A DNA stretch of 64,000 nucleotides from an uncultured Olegusella sp. (GTDB lineage Bacteria > Actinomycetota > Coriobacteriia > Coriobacteriales > Atopobiaceae): the NCBI RefSeq assembly GCF_947253395.1, contig NZ_CAMXYY010000002.1, positions 2,131-66,130 of the forward strand. Reading direction: 5' to 3'. Within the stretch, counting starts at the first letter, position 1, and every line of letters begins with the position of its first letter. Made by a program: the position numbers and the translations under genes. The notes below the pieces were generated by a model. It was not told the DNA's origin. It was given only the letters and a program-made list of their open reading frames with translations, and made no database searches. Shown here in pieces: positions 1 to 8,779 of this stretch.

Positions 1-118
1 GTTGTGGTGATTGGTTTTTTTCTTTTTGAGAAGAATTCTTTGGAGAAGCAGTTTCCTTTGTAGCCTTTGCTGACTTTTCAGGATTTTTGTCTTGCGTGGC
101 CGCAGCTTTGTCTGCCAT
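1..118 (-). CDS. 5' part of a gene divergent from arcA, running off the window edge; product unknown
   Basis: Minus-strand ATG at 118 after G-rich RBS-like GGGGGG; open to position 1: MADKAAATQDKNPEKSAKATKETASPKNSSQKEKKPITT. Not in the ORF track. Confidence 0.6.
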   Translation of the reverse strand, partial: MADKAAATQDKNPEKSAKATKETASPKNSSQKEKNQSPQ

Positions 119-690
119 ACACAACCCCCCATTTCTTATGTGCTCAACAAGCTTCATTTTATCAGCTGATAGCGTGCACGGGCTGTGTTTGACCAATATA
201 AAATTTTACGGAATGCATTTTTTGTTAGCGAAGCATAATAAAAGTTGTAGGAAATCTGGTAAAAATTTGTTTGAGAAAAAATTTTTTAGAGATGTTTATA
301 TGTGAAATGCATTCTCTATAATAGGAATAAAAAACCGTGTTTTGTAAATAAAATGTATATTACATGAATGTTACATCACTCTCTCAAATTCTAGAACTAC
401 AGCCAGATAAAAAGAAGTCCCAATGAAATAATCAAGAAATAATGATGACTTTATGCAGGTAATAAGGGAAGAATTGTGAATATAACCATCTAAATTTGTC
501 ACGAATAACCGCTCAACGAAAAAATAATACCGTTCCCCCGTGAACAAATTTATAGCTATCGAAATTAAAAACTATTGGATATAGTTAGGAATTGTAATGC
601 AGAGGCTTGCGGCTTTAGATAAAAAACTGCGATGCCGATGTGATGTTTCTATTCGAGTTGTGCCAGAAGACTGGCACAAAGGAGTGGGAG
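119..690. promoter_or_regulatory. AT-rich divergent promoter region for arcA and the upstream minus-strand gene
   Basis: About 570 bp, markedly AT-rich and non-coding-like, with several TATAAT/TATAGT-like hexamers; no operator could be assigned. Confidence 0.55.
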
Positions 691-696
691 GAAATC

Positions 697-1950
697 ATGC
701 CTAAGGGACTTAACGTCCACAGCGAGATTGGTGCCCTCAAAAAGGTACTGCTCCACCGTCCTGGCGAGGAACTGCTCAACCTGCCGCCCGATGAGCTCGG
801 TCGTCTGCTTTTTGACGACGTGCCTTTCCTTGAGGTAGCTCAGGAGGAGCATGATCGCTTTGCAGAGATTCTGCGTGAGCAGGGTGCTGAGGTTTTGTAC
901 CTTGAGAAGCTCGTTGCTGAGGCTCTTGATGCAGCAGGCACTCGTGAGGAGTTCACCAACCAGTGGCTCGACGAGTCTGGTCTTCGTGGCACGCACACCC
1001 GTGCCGTTGTCAAGGAGTTTATGGATTCCATTGAGGACACCCAGACCTTCGTAGAGAAGACTATCGCTGGTATTCGTAAGAACGAGCTTGAGCTTCCGAC
1101 TCATTCCAGCAATCTGCTTGCTGATCTTGTTGGCGCAGATCAGGACAGTGAGTCTGATCTTTTGATTGATCCCATGCCCAACACCTACTTTACTCGTGAC
1201 CCCTTCGCAATTGTTGGCCACGGCGTAAACCTCAACCACATGTACTCTGTCACTCGTAATCGCGAGACTTTGTATGGCAAGTACATCTTCCGCGATCACC
1301 CTGAGTACAAAGAGTCTCCTCTGTGGTATCGTCGCGATTCTGCTTACCATACCGAGGGTGGCGACGTTCTCAACATCAACGCTCACACCTTGGCAATTGG
1401 TATCTCTCAGCGTACGGAGGCTGCTGCCATTGACGCTTTGGCTCAGCACATGTTCTGGGAGAAGGCAGACCAGTGCGAGATTGACACCATCTACGCATTC
1501 AACATCCCCGTGTCTCGTGCCTTTATGCACCTTGACACCGTCTTTACCCAGATTGATGTTGACAAGTTCACCATTCACCCAGGCATTATGGGTACCCTGC
1601 AGGTCTTCAAGCTCACCAAGGGTGCTTCTGAGGGCGAGATTGCTATCGAGGAAATGAACGACACTCTCGAGCACGTTCTGGCAAAGGCCATGGGTCTGGA
1701 TGCCGTCCAGCTCATCAAGTGCGGTGGCGGCGATCCCGTTGCAGCAGCTCGCGAGCAGTGGAACGATGGTTCCAACACCCTTGCAGTTGCACCTGGCAAG
1801 ATTTGCGTGTACCAGCGCAACACCGTTACCAACGATGTTCTGTACAAGGAAGGTCTCGACCTTCTTGTTATGCCTTCCGCAGAGCTTTCCCGCGGCCGTG
1901 GCGGCCCCCGTTGCATGTCCATGCCCTTCTGGCGTGAGGACCTCGCGTAG
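697..1950 (+). CDS. arcA: Arginine deiminase
   Basis: VHSEIG-LKKVLLHRPG, FTRD, EGGD, FMHLDT and ELSRGRGGPRCMS motifs; RBS GGGAGG before ATG 697. Confidence 0.97.
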   Translation: MPKGLNVHSEIGALKKVLLHRPGEELLNLPPDELGRLLFDDVPFLEVAQEEHDRFAEILREQGAEVLYLEKLVAEALDAAGTREEFTNQWLDESGLRGTHTRAVVKEFMDSIEDTQTFVEKTIAGIRKNELELPTHSSNLLADLVGADQDSESDLLIDPMPNTYFTRDPFAIVGHGVNLNHMYSVTRNRETLYGKYIFRDHPEYKESPLWYRRDSAYHTEGGDVLNINAHTLAIGISQRTEAAAIDALAQHMFWEKADQCEIDTIYAFNIPVSRAFMHLDTVFTQIDVDKFTIHPGIMGTLQVFKLTKGASEGEIAIEEMNDTLEHVLAKAMGLDAVQLIKCGGGDPVAAAREQWNDGSNTLAVAPGKICVYQRNTVTNDVLYKEGLDLLVMPSAELSRGRGGPRCMSMPFWREDLA

Positions 1951-1971
1951 GTGGCGCTTAAAAAGTAATAC

Positions 1972-2000
1972 CCAAAGGGCAGGTTTTACCTGCCCTTTGG
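1972..2000 (+). other. Perfect 13-bp intercistronic hairpin (partial terminator or mRNA stabiliser)
   Basis: CCAAAGGGCAGGT-TTT-ACCTGCCCTTTGG with no strong U tract. Confidence 0.65.
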
Positions 2001-2045
2001 CTTGTAGGTCAGATATAAAAAATTTTTTTACGAAAGGAATGAATT

Positions 2046-3038
2046 ATGGCCATCTCTTTGTCCGGCCGCAATTTCCTTAAGCTGCTTGACTACACTCCTG
2101 CTGAGATCAACTATCTTCTTGATCTGGCGGCTCAGTTCAAGAACATGAAGCGCGCTGGTATCCCTCATCGTTACCTTGAGGGTAAGAATGTTGTTCTTAT
2201 TTTCCAAAAGACCTCTACGCGCACCCGTTGCGCTTTTGAGGTCGGCGCTTATGACCTTGGCATGGGTGTTACGTATCTAGACCCCAACAGCTCTCAGATG
2301 GGCCACAAAGAGTCCACTGAGGACACTGCCCGTGTTCTTGGCCGCATGTTTGATGGTATTGAGTACCGCGGCTTTGCTCAAGAGCAGGTTGAGGAGATTG
2401 CAGAGAAGTCTGGCGTTCCTACCTGGAATGGTCTGACCGATAAGTTCCATCCCACCCAGATGCTCGCTGACATCCTTACCATGAAGGAAGAGTTTGGTGA
2501 CATCCGCGGCAAGAAGCTTACCTTCTTTGGTGATGCTCGCAACAATGTTGCTAACTCTTTGATGGTTGTTTGCGCTAAGCTTGGCATCAACTTCTGCGCT
2601 TGCGGTCCTGAGGCACGCATGCCAGATGCTGAGCTTGTTGCTACCTGCCGTGAGATTGCTGCTGAGAACGGCTGCGAGATTGTGCTGACCGAGGATCCCC
2701 ACGAGGGCGCCAAGAACTGCGACTGCCTCTACACCGACATTTGGGTTTCCATGGGTGAGTCCTATGACCTGTTTGGTGAGCGCATCAAGCTTCTGAAGCC
2801 TTACCGTGTTACCAAGGAGCTCATGGCTGAGGCTAACCCCAACGCTATCTTTGAGCACTGCCTACCTTCCTTCCATGACACCAATACCACCCATGGCAAG
2901 GAGGTTGCCGAGGAGTTTGGTATCACCGAGATGGAGGTTACTGACGAGGTCTTCGAGGGTCGTCAGTCTCGCGTCTTTGACGAGGCAGAGAACCGCATGC
3001 ATACCATCAAGGCTGTCATGTACGCAACTCTGAAGTAA
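2046..3038 (+). CDS. arcB: Ornithine carbamoyltransferase (catabolic by context)
   Basis: STRTR, HPTQ, SMG and HCLP motifs; follows arcA. Confidence 0.95.
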   Translation: MAISLSGRNFLKLLDYTPAEINYLLDLAAQFKNMKRAGIPHRYLEGKNVVLIFQKTSTRTRCAFEVGAYDLGMGVTYLDPNSSQMGHKESTEDTARVLGRMFDGIEYRGFAQEQVEEIAEKSGVPTWNGLTDKFHPTQMLADILTMKEEFGDIRGKKLTFFGDARNNVANSLMVVCAKLGINFCACGPEARMPDAELVATCREIAAENGCEIVLTEDPHEGAKNCDCLYTDIWVSMGESYDLFGERIKLLKPYRVTKELMAEANPNAIFEHCLPSFHDTNTTHGKEVAEEFGITEMEVTDEVFEGRQSRVFDEAENRMHTIKAVMYATLK

Positions 3039-3063
3039 GTTTTTGATTTATATAAAGCAAGGC

Positions 3064-3098
3064 ACCTCCTTGGGTTTTGAATCCAAGGAGGTTTTTTT
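3064..3098 (+). terminator. Intrinsic terminator after arcB
   Basis: ACCTCCTTGGGTT-TTG-AATCCAAGGAGGT followed by a T run. Confidence 0.85.
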
Positions 3099-3435
3099 GG
3101 GACTACTATAAGATTGATCCATTGTCAAGTAGTAATTTTTCTATTCTGATTTTTGTATTCTCAAAATATTGCAAATTTTAGTTGAATAAAACATAGGAAT
3201 GGAAACTCTTTTATGTTTATTCTTCTAAAACATGCTGGTTATTCATGGTTAAACTTGGTGAGACTAGATAAAGTTATCCAAAGAAGATAATCGAATATTT
3301 TCACCGACAAATTGCTTACGCTCACCATTGTGATGGAGTTGTGATATCGTAGTTTCGCTAATATTACACATGTTTTGTTGTGTGATAGGCACAAGTTTTG
3401 TTGGAGCGCCTGAAGGCGCAAGGAAAGGAGTTGGA

Positions 3436-4905
3436 ATGGCTGAGGTAACTAAGCCAAAGAAGAAGAGGGAGATGCTAACTTCGTTTAGTATTATTTTCCT
3501 CCTCATGATTGTTGTGGTAGCCATCTCATGGCTGCTTAATGGTCAGGCTACTGGTGCGAAGACCGCAGATGGCGCAAAGGAGCTTGTCGCAGGTGCTTCT
3601 CTCGGCACGTTCACCATGGCAGCCGTTAATGGTTTTGGTGACGCAATGCCCGTCTGCCTCTTTGTTATGGTCCTGGGCGGTTTTCTTGGCATCGTCAACA
3701 AGACCAATGCTCTTAACGTTGGTATTACCAATCTTGTTAAGAAGATGCATGGCAAGGAGCTTGTCCTCATTCCTGTTTTGATGTTGATCTTTGCAATACT
3801 GGGCTCTACCTATGGCTTCTGCGAAGAGACCGTCGGCTTTTACATCCTGCTTGCTGCAACCATGATGGCTGCAGGCTTTGACCCCATGACGGGTGTCATG
3901 ATGATTCTTTTGGGTGCTGGCGTTGGTTGCCTCGGCTCCACCGTTAACCCCTTTGCAGTTGGTGCAGCTGTTGACGCTCTCAGTGGCGAAAGTGTTGGCA
4001 TTGCAGTTGATCAAGGCGTTACCATTGCGCTTGGTCTTATCCTCCTTATTGCTACGTGGGCAGTTTCTTCTTTCATCGTTATGCAGTACGCCAAGAAGGT
4101 GCGCAAGGACCCCTCTGCAACCCTTATGTCCGACTCTGAACTCGAGGCTGCTCGCGAGGCTTACGGTAACAACATCGCTGAGGTTGGCGACGCTCAGCTG
4201 ACCGGTAAGCAGAAGGCAGTTCTTTGGGTCTTTGCTTTTTCCTTCCTCATCATGATCCTCGGCTTTGTGCCTTGGGGCAGCTTTGGCATTACCTTCTTTG
4301 AGTCTTGGTCTGGTTTCCTGACCGACCTTCCTCTGGGTCAGTGGTACTTTGCTCAGTCCACCACGTGGTTCCTTCTCATGGCCATCATCATTGGTGTTGT
4401 CTATGGCTTCTCTGAGCACGAGATTGTGGACACCTTTATGACTGGTGCAGGCGAAATGATGTCTGTTGTCATGATTATTGCTGTTGCCCGTGGCGTCACC
4501 ATGATCATGAACGCAACCAACCTTTCCAACTTTGTTTTGAACAATGCTGCCGCCGCACTGAAAGGTACCTCTGCTCCTGTCTTTGCTGTCGGCAGCTACC
4601 TGCTTTACTTCCTGCTTTCCTTCCTGATTCCTTCGACTTCTGGTATGGCTGGCGTTTCCATGCCCATCATGGGGCCCTTGGCTGTCAAGCTTGGCTTTAA
4701 CCCTGCAGTTATGATCATGGTTTTCTCTGCTGCCTGCGGTGTTGTCAACCTGATTACCCCGACCTCCGCAGCAATTATGGGTGGCCTTGCTCTTGCTCGT
4801 GTTGAGTACTCCACTTGGTTCAAGTTTGCCATCAAGCTTGTGGCTATCCTGTCTGTGGTTTGCGTGATTATTCTTGCTATCGCTATGACTGTGATTCCTG
4901 CATAA
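3436..4905 (+). CDS. YfcC-family transporter, probable arginine/ornithine antiporter
   Basis: Polytopic membrane protein with EET, STVNPF and FLIPSTSG motifs; RBS AAGGAG before ATG 3436; adjacent to arcAB. Confidence 0.85.
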   Translation: MAEVTKPKKKREMLTSFSIIFLLMIVVVAISWLLNGQATGAKTADGAKELVAGASLGTFTMAAVNGFGDAMPVCLFVMVLGGFLGIVNKTNALNVGITNLVKKMHGKELVLIPVLMLIFAILGSTYGFCEETVGFYILLAATMMAAGFDPMTGVMMILLGAGVGCLGSTVNPFAVGAAVDALSGESVGIAVDQGVTIALGLILLIATWAVSSFIVMQYAKKVRKDPSATLMSDSELEAAREAYGNNIAEVGDAQLTGKQKAVLWVFAFSFLIMILGFVPWGSFGITFFESWSGFLTDLPLGQWYFAQSTTWFLLMAIIIGVVYGFSEHEIVDTFMTGAGEMMSVVMIIAVARGVTMIMNATNLSNFVLNNAAAALKGTSAPVFAVGSYLLYFLLSFLIPSTSGMAGVSMPIMGPLAVKLGFNPAVMIMVFSAACGVVNLITPTSAAIMGGLALARVEYSTWFKFAIKLVAILSVVCVIILAIAMTVIPA

Positions 4906-4930
4906 GTTTTTACGCAACAACTGTTAGACA

Positions 4931-4963
4931 AGAAGGACTCCTGGCTTCAGGAGTCCTTCTCTT
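4931..4963 (+). terminator. Terminator-like hairpin after the YfcC gene
   Basis: AGAAGGACTCCTG-GCTT-CAGGAGTCCTTCT perfect stem with a weak T tail. Confidence 0.75.
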
Positions 4964-5017
4964 ATGTCACAATTTAGGGCGTTGGCTCGTTTTCTTTGTT
5001 TGAATGGATAAATCTTT

Positions 5018-5503
5018 ATGTTTTTTCAATCCCAAAACCTCACTAAGCTTTCTTCGCGTGTCGCGTTGGCTACTGCTGCGATTTCTGTTATAGCTACGTT
5101 TGTTATCGTCATGCATCCTGATAGCTTTGCGGTAGTGTCAGCTAAGCCTGCAAGCATTGGTAACATTGTTTTGCTTGTTGCGTTAGTACAGCTTGCTTTA
5201 GGTATAGTGGGGGAGTTGCGATACCGCTCTCGAGCGCGCAAGGATTATCATCCATCTTTGGGGAGGGGCGTTGCATCGGCTGTTACTGCCTTTGTTTGTC
5301 TTGCCCTTGATTATGTGCTGGTAGGTTCATTTTATTCAGCGGCTTTTGGTACGACGCTTAAACCTGTGGGCTCCGCCGAGCTATTTCATATCTTTGCTCT
5401 TATTGGATTTTTTGATGCACTCTTTACCCTTTTGTTGGGAGCGCTTCATGCATTTGCAGCGATTCTTGCCTTGCGTGAGGAAGCCGCGGTATTTGATGAC
5501 TAA
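5018..5503 (+). CDS. Hypothetical membrane protein (about 4 TM)
   Basis: 161-aa ORF with four hydrophobic segments, filling the gap before trpS. Confidence 0.65.
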   Translation: MFFQSQNLTKLSSRVALATAAISVIATFVIVMHPDSFAVVSAKPASIGNIVLLVALVQLALGIVGELRYRSRARKDYHPSLGRGVASAVTAFVCLALDYVLVGSFYSAAFGTTLKPVGSAELFHIFALIGFFDALFTLLLGALHAFAAILALREEAAVFDD

Positions 5504-5610
5504 AGGCCATTTTAATCAAAGCATTTATTCAAGCATTACATTTTGACTATCCAGCTGCTGGGATGTATAGCCTATGATAGAGAACGTTAACGAGATTAGA
5601 GGAGGCCTTG

Positions 5611-6666
5611 ATGCCCAACGAGGGAAGTTATGAAGCAGCGCTGAGGCGTAGCAACCAAATTCAGGCAGATCTTGCCGATGGCAAAACCGAAGCTTATACC
5701 ATGCTTACAGGCGATCGCCCTACAGGACGTCTGCATATGGGTCATTACTTTGGCACTCTGATTGAGCGTGTACGCCTACAAAACATGGGCGTTAAGTCCA
5801 ACGTCATCATTGCGGACTATCAGGTCATCACCGATCGCGATACCACTGAGCATATCCAGGATAATGTCTATAACATGGTGATGGATTATCTTGCTTGTGG
5901 CATTGATCCTGCAAAGACCATGATTTTTACTCACTCAGCAGTGCCTGCAGCCAATCAGCTGATGTTACCTTTTCTCTCCTTGGTTTCAGAAGCCGAGCTT
6001 GCACGTAACCCTACGGTTAAAGCCGAGCAGGAAGCTAGTGGACATGCTCTGACAGGTTTGCTTTTGACCTATCCCGTACATCAAGCCTGCGATATTTTGT
6101 TTTGCAAGGGCAATATCGTTCCTGTTGGTCGCGATCAGTTGCCTCATATTGAGATAACAAGTAAAATTGCGCGCCGTTTTAACGACCGGTATCACTGTAA
6201 GGTGTTTCCTGAGGTCGCGGGGCTCCTTACCTCTACGCCCCTGCTTCCTGGTCTAGATGGTCGCAAGATGAGCAAGTCTTATGGCAACGCTATCTCTTTG
6301 TGCATGACGGCAGAAGAAACCGCAAAGCTCATCAAGAAGTCCAAGACCGACTCCGATCGCAATATTACCTTTGATCCTGAGAATCGTCCCGGTGTCTCTG
6401 CGTTGCTTACTACAGCAGGTATTTGCACAGGTCGCGATCCCAAGGAGATTGCAGAAGAGATTGGTATGGGCGGTGGCGGTGCGCTGAAACGTTATGTTAC
6501 CGAGGCAGTTAACGGCTATTTTGCACCAATTCGTGAGAAACGTCGTGAGTACGAGCAGGATCTTGATTACATCAAAGACGTGCTACACGATGGCAATAGA
6601 CGCGCTAACGAGCTTGCTCAGGCCACGCTTGCCGAGGTGCAAGAGGCGATGGGCATGGTTTACTAA
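5611..6666 (+). CDS. trpS: Tryptophanyl-tRNA synthetase
   Basis: TGDRPTG-LHMGH (HIGH-like), VPVGRDQ and KMSKS motifs; RBS GGAGG. Confidence 0.96.
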   Translation: MPNEGSYEAALRRSNQIQADLADGKTEAYTMLTGDRPTGRLHMGHYFGTLIERVRLQNMGVKSNVIIADYQVITDRDTTEHIQDNVYNMVMDYLACGIDPAKTMIFTHSAVPAANQLMLPFLSLVSEAELARNPTVKAEQEASGHALTGLLLTYPVHQACDILFCKGNIVPVGRDQLPHIEITSKIARRFNDRYHCKVFPEVAGLLTSTPLLPGLDGRKMSKSYGNAISLCMTAEETAKLIKKSKTDSDRNITFDPENRPGVSALLTTAGICTGRDPKEIAEEIGMGGGGALKRYVTEAVNGYFAPIREKRREYEQDLDYIKDVLHDGNRRANELAQATLAEVQEAMGMVY

Positions 6667-6921
6667 ATCAAGCTTCGTGGGTGCATTTTGTTTTTAGTGG
6701 CGGAGTGTACGCTTGACGATACAAAAAACGCACCCTGATATCAGGTCGTATACGAAGGTTGATTTTTACTCTTCCGCTTACGATGAGCACATCGATACTA
6801 TCAAAGGTTTTATGCGCATACTTAGGTGCATAAGAACACAGCATGAGTTTATCGCTAACGTAGGTGAAAGCTTTTGCTATGATTTTTAGACTGACACTGT
6901 AGCGCAGTAGAGGAGAAATGC

Positions 6922-7521
6922 ATGGCAAGCTCAAATGGAGCAGACGCAAGTAAGACTGCACTTGAAGCAAGTTATCTGCGTGCATTACCGACTCCTGTTA
7001 TCAGCAGTACTACAGACAATGAAGGTGCGCTTGACCTGTTAGCCAAACTTGATTTGTGGACTCGTGCACAAGTCGTCTTGCTACCTGCAAGCGACCAAGG
7101 CGGTATCTCTATGACAGCCCTTGCCAAGCGAGCTTTTGCTGCTGGTAAACGTGTGGGGCTTTGCTTGAATTGCAATGGTGTTGCCGACTGTATTGAGATT
7201 TTTTCTGAAGCAGAACTTGACGTTACAGAGTATACGATTCCCGAGGCATCTCGTTGCCGTGCCGAAGGTGATACGTTGGGCTTCAGCTGCAGCGAGCTTG
7301 TAGAGTCGCTCTGTATCGTATCCGGGCTAGTGTTTGATGGCCAAGGGTATCGTGTTGGTGAAGATGACGATAAACTCGATGAGTTTCTTGCCTTCTATCC
7401 TGGTCACAAGCTTGCTCTTGTCCGTTCGATGCAGGTCTCAAGCAACCCGTTGCCACATGGAGACAAAGCCATTGCCGTTGATTACCTCATCACCGAAAAT
7501 GCTGTCTGGCATTGTGCTTAG
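6922..7521 (+). CDS. 5-formyltetrahydrofolate cyclo-ligase family homologue with degenerate ATP loop
   Basis: IVSGLVFDGQGYRVG...DEFL and AVDYLITE match the MTHFS pattern (vPgvaFD..G.RlG.GgGyYD ... vD.iiTe); RBS AGGAG. Confidence 0.75.
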   Translation: MASSNGADASKTALEASYLRALPTPVISSTTDNEGALDLLAKLDLWTRAQVVLLPASDQGGISMTALAKRAFAAGKRVGLCLNCNGVADCIEIFSEAELDVTEYTIPEASRCRAEGDTLGFSCSELVESLCIVSGLVFDGQGYRVGEDDDKLDEFLAFYPGHKLALVRSMQVSSNPLPHGDKAIAVDYLITENAVWHCA

Positions 7522-7636
7522 TTGCTTCTTTGCAGCGGGTTTACAACACGCTATTGCTTCGTAGATGGTTCACGACGCATCTTTATATCCTAGTGGGTTT
7601 ACGATGCACCTTTACTACAGGCTGTAGAAATGACGA

Positions 7637-8647
7637 CTACAGCTTGCACGCAGTGACATTCAAATGAGCGGCCATATCCCTAATAGCTTTGGCGTAGCCC
7701 TCGACACCTAAGCCCACAATAGACTCAAAGCATGCGCCGCGCACGTAAGAAATCTGTCTAAATGCTTCACGCTTGTCTACCTCAGAAATATGTACCTCGA
7801 TAGTGGGAATATCAACTGCGCGTAGGGCATCAAGCAAAGCAATTGAAGTATGTGTCAGAGCTCCTGGATTGATGATAATACCGTCATAAACCTGATAGGC
7901 ATCTTGGATGCGGTCAACGATATCGCCTTCATGGTTGGACTGAAAACATGAGCATGTACTAAAGCCAGTTTCACTGGCTACCGCTTTGCAAAGGGTGAGT
8001 AGATCATCGTAGCTGCTATGACCATAAATATCAGGTTCACGAATGCCAAGCATATTGATATTAGGCCCGTTGATGATAAGAAGTCTGTAGTCTTGAGTAG
8101 AGATACTCTCATCCTTAAAATCATCAGCAGTGCCGAGTTCGTTTGACGTTTCTTGCACGACGTCTGCTTCGCCTGTCGTATCTTGCTCAAAAAGTTGGCT
8201 AAGTCCTGCCAAGTCATCAACATCAGAATGGGCATGACTCAAAAGATGCGCACCACCAAATAAAGTGGCATTGTTGGCACGTGATTGTGCTTCATAAGAA
8301 CGCTGACGAGAAGGGCTGATACGCACACGTAGATTGGATGCTAAAGGAGATGTACCCACCACAGTATCTGCATCTTCAGGATTAAGGCCCGTGAGTTCAA
8401 CAAAGGAGTTGTATACATCACGAACGAGGCGCGGCCCAAAAACCACCTCAAGACCATCGAAACCTCGTGAAGCTAAACCAAGTACGCCAGGGATGGATTC
8501 CAGCGCTTCATCGTCAACTTCATCAGGATTGACGATACGCAGCCTAAGGCGTGTCATGCACAAAGAGTTAGAGCGGACATTTTCTTTGCCACCTACACTC
8601 AAAAGTACTGATTTCGCGATTGACGAAGGCGAAGCTTCGACTGCCAT
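7637..8647 (-). CDS. aroQ: PTS EIIB domain fused to type II 3-dehydroquinate dehydratase
   Basis: N-terminal GGKENV...CMTRLR (EIIB); C-terminal NGPNINMLGIREPDIYG, QSNHEG, NPGALTHTS and EVHIS (AroQ); RBS GGAGG. Confidence 0.9.
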   Translation of the reverse strand: MAVEASPSSIAKSVLLSVGGKENVRSNSLCMTRLRLRIVNPDEVDDEALESIPGVLGLASRGFDGLEVVFGPRLVRDVYNSFVELTGLNPEDADTVVGTSPLASNLRVRISPSRQRSYEAQSRANNATLFGGAHLLSHAHSDVDDLAGLSQLFEQDTTGEADVVQETSNELGTADDFKDESISTQDYRLLIINGPNINMLGIREPDIYGHSSYDDLLTLCKAVASETGFSTCSCFQSNHEGDIVDRIQDAYQVYDGIIINPGALTHTSIALLDALRAVDIPTIEVHISEVDKREAFRQISYVRGACFESIVGLGVEGYAKAIRDMAAHLNVTACKL

Positions 8648-8779
8648 AAGACTCTATCCTCCCTGGAGTTGCGAAACTTTAGTATAGGAAAGATTCTGCC
8701 CTACATATAGCTTTTACAAAGCTCAAACGGTGAGTGGCAGCATGTTTAGGCAAAAAAAGAAATTAGTTGAGAACATTAA

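Noticed and set aside
87..305. 72-aa plus-strand ORF
   Set aside because: Lies in AT-rich promoter DNA, overlaps the divergent gene start and has no RBS or motif.
340..500. Possible ARG boxes or Crp/ArcR/Rex sites upstream of arcA
   Set aside because: Only half-sites or matches with several mismatches in AT-rich DNA; cannot be told from chance.
729..738. 10-bp match (TGGTGCCCTC) to the tRNA-Arg 3' end as a possible att site
   Set aside because: Short, inside the arcA coding sequence, and no integrase adjacent; likely chance.
649..1674. Long antisense ORFs over arcA (also 3526-4920, 49164-50987, 58945-59940, 59744-60511)
   Set aside because: Shadows of strongly biased codon usage on the sense strand; no recognisable motifs.
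7535..7620. Degenerate CRISPR array
   Set aside because: The 29-bp period leaves no room for spacers, and no cas genes are present.
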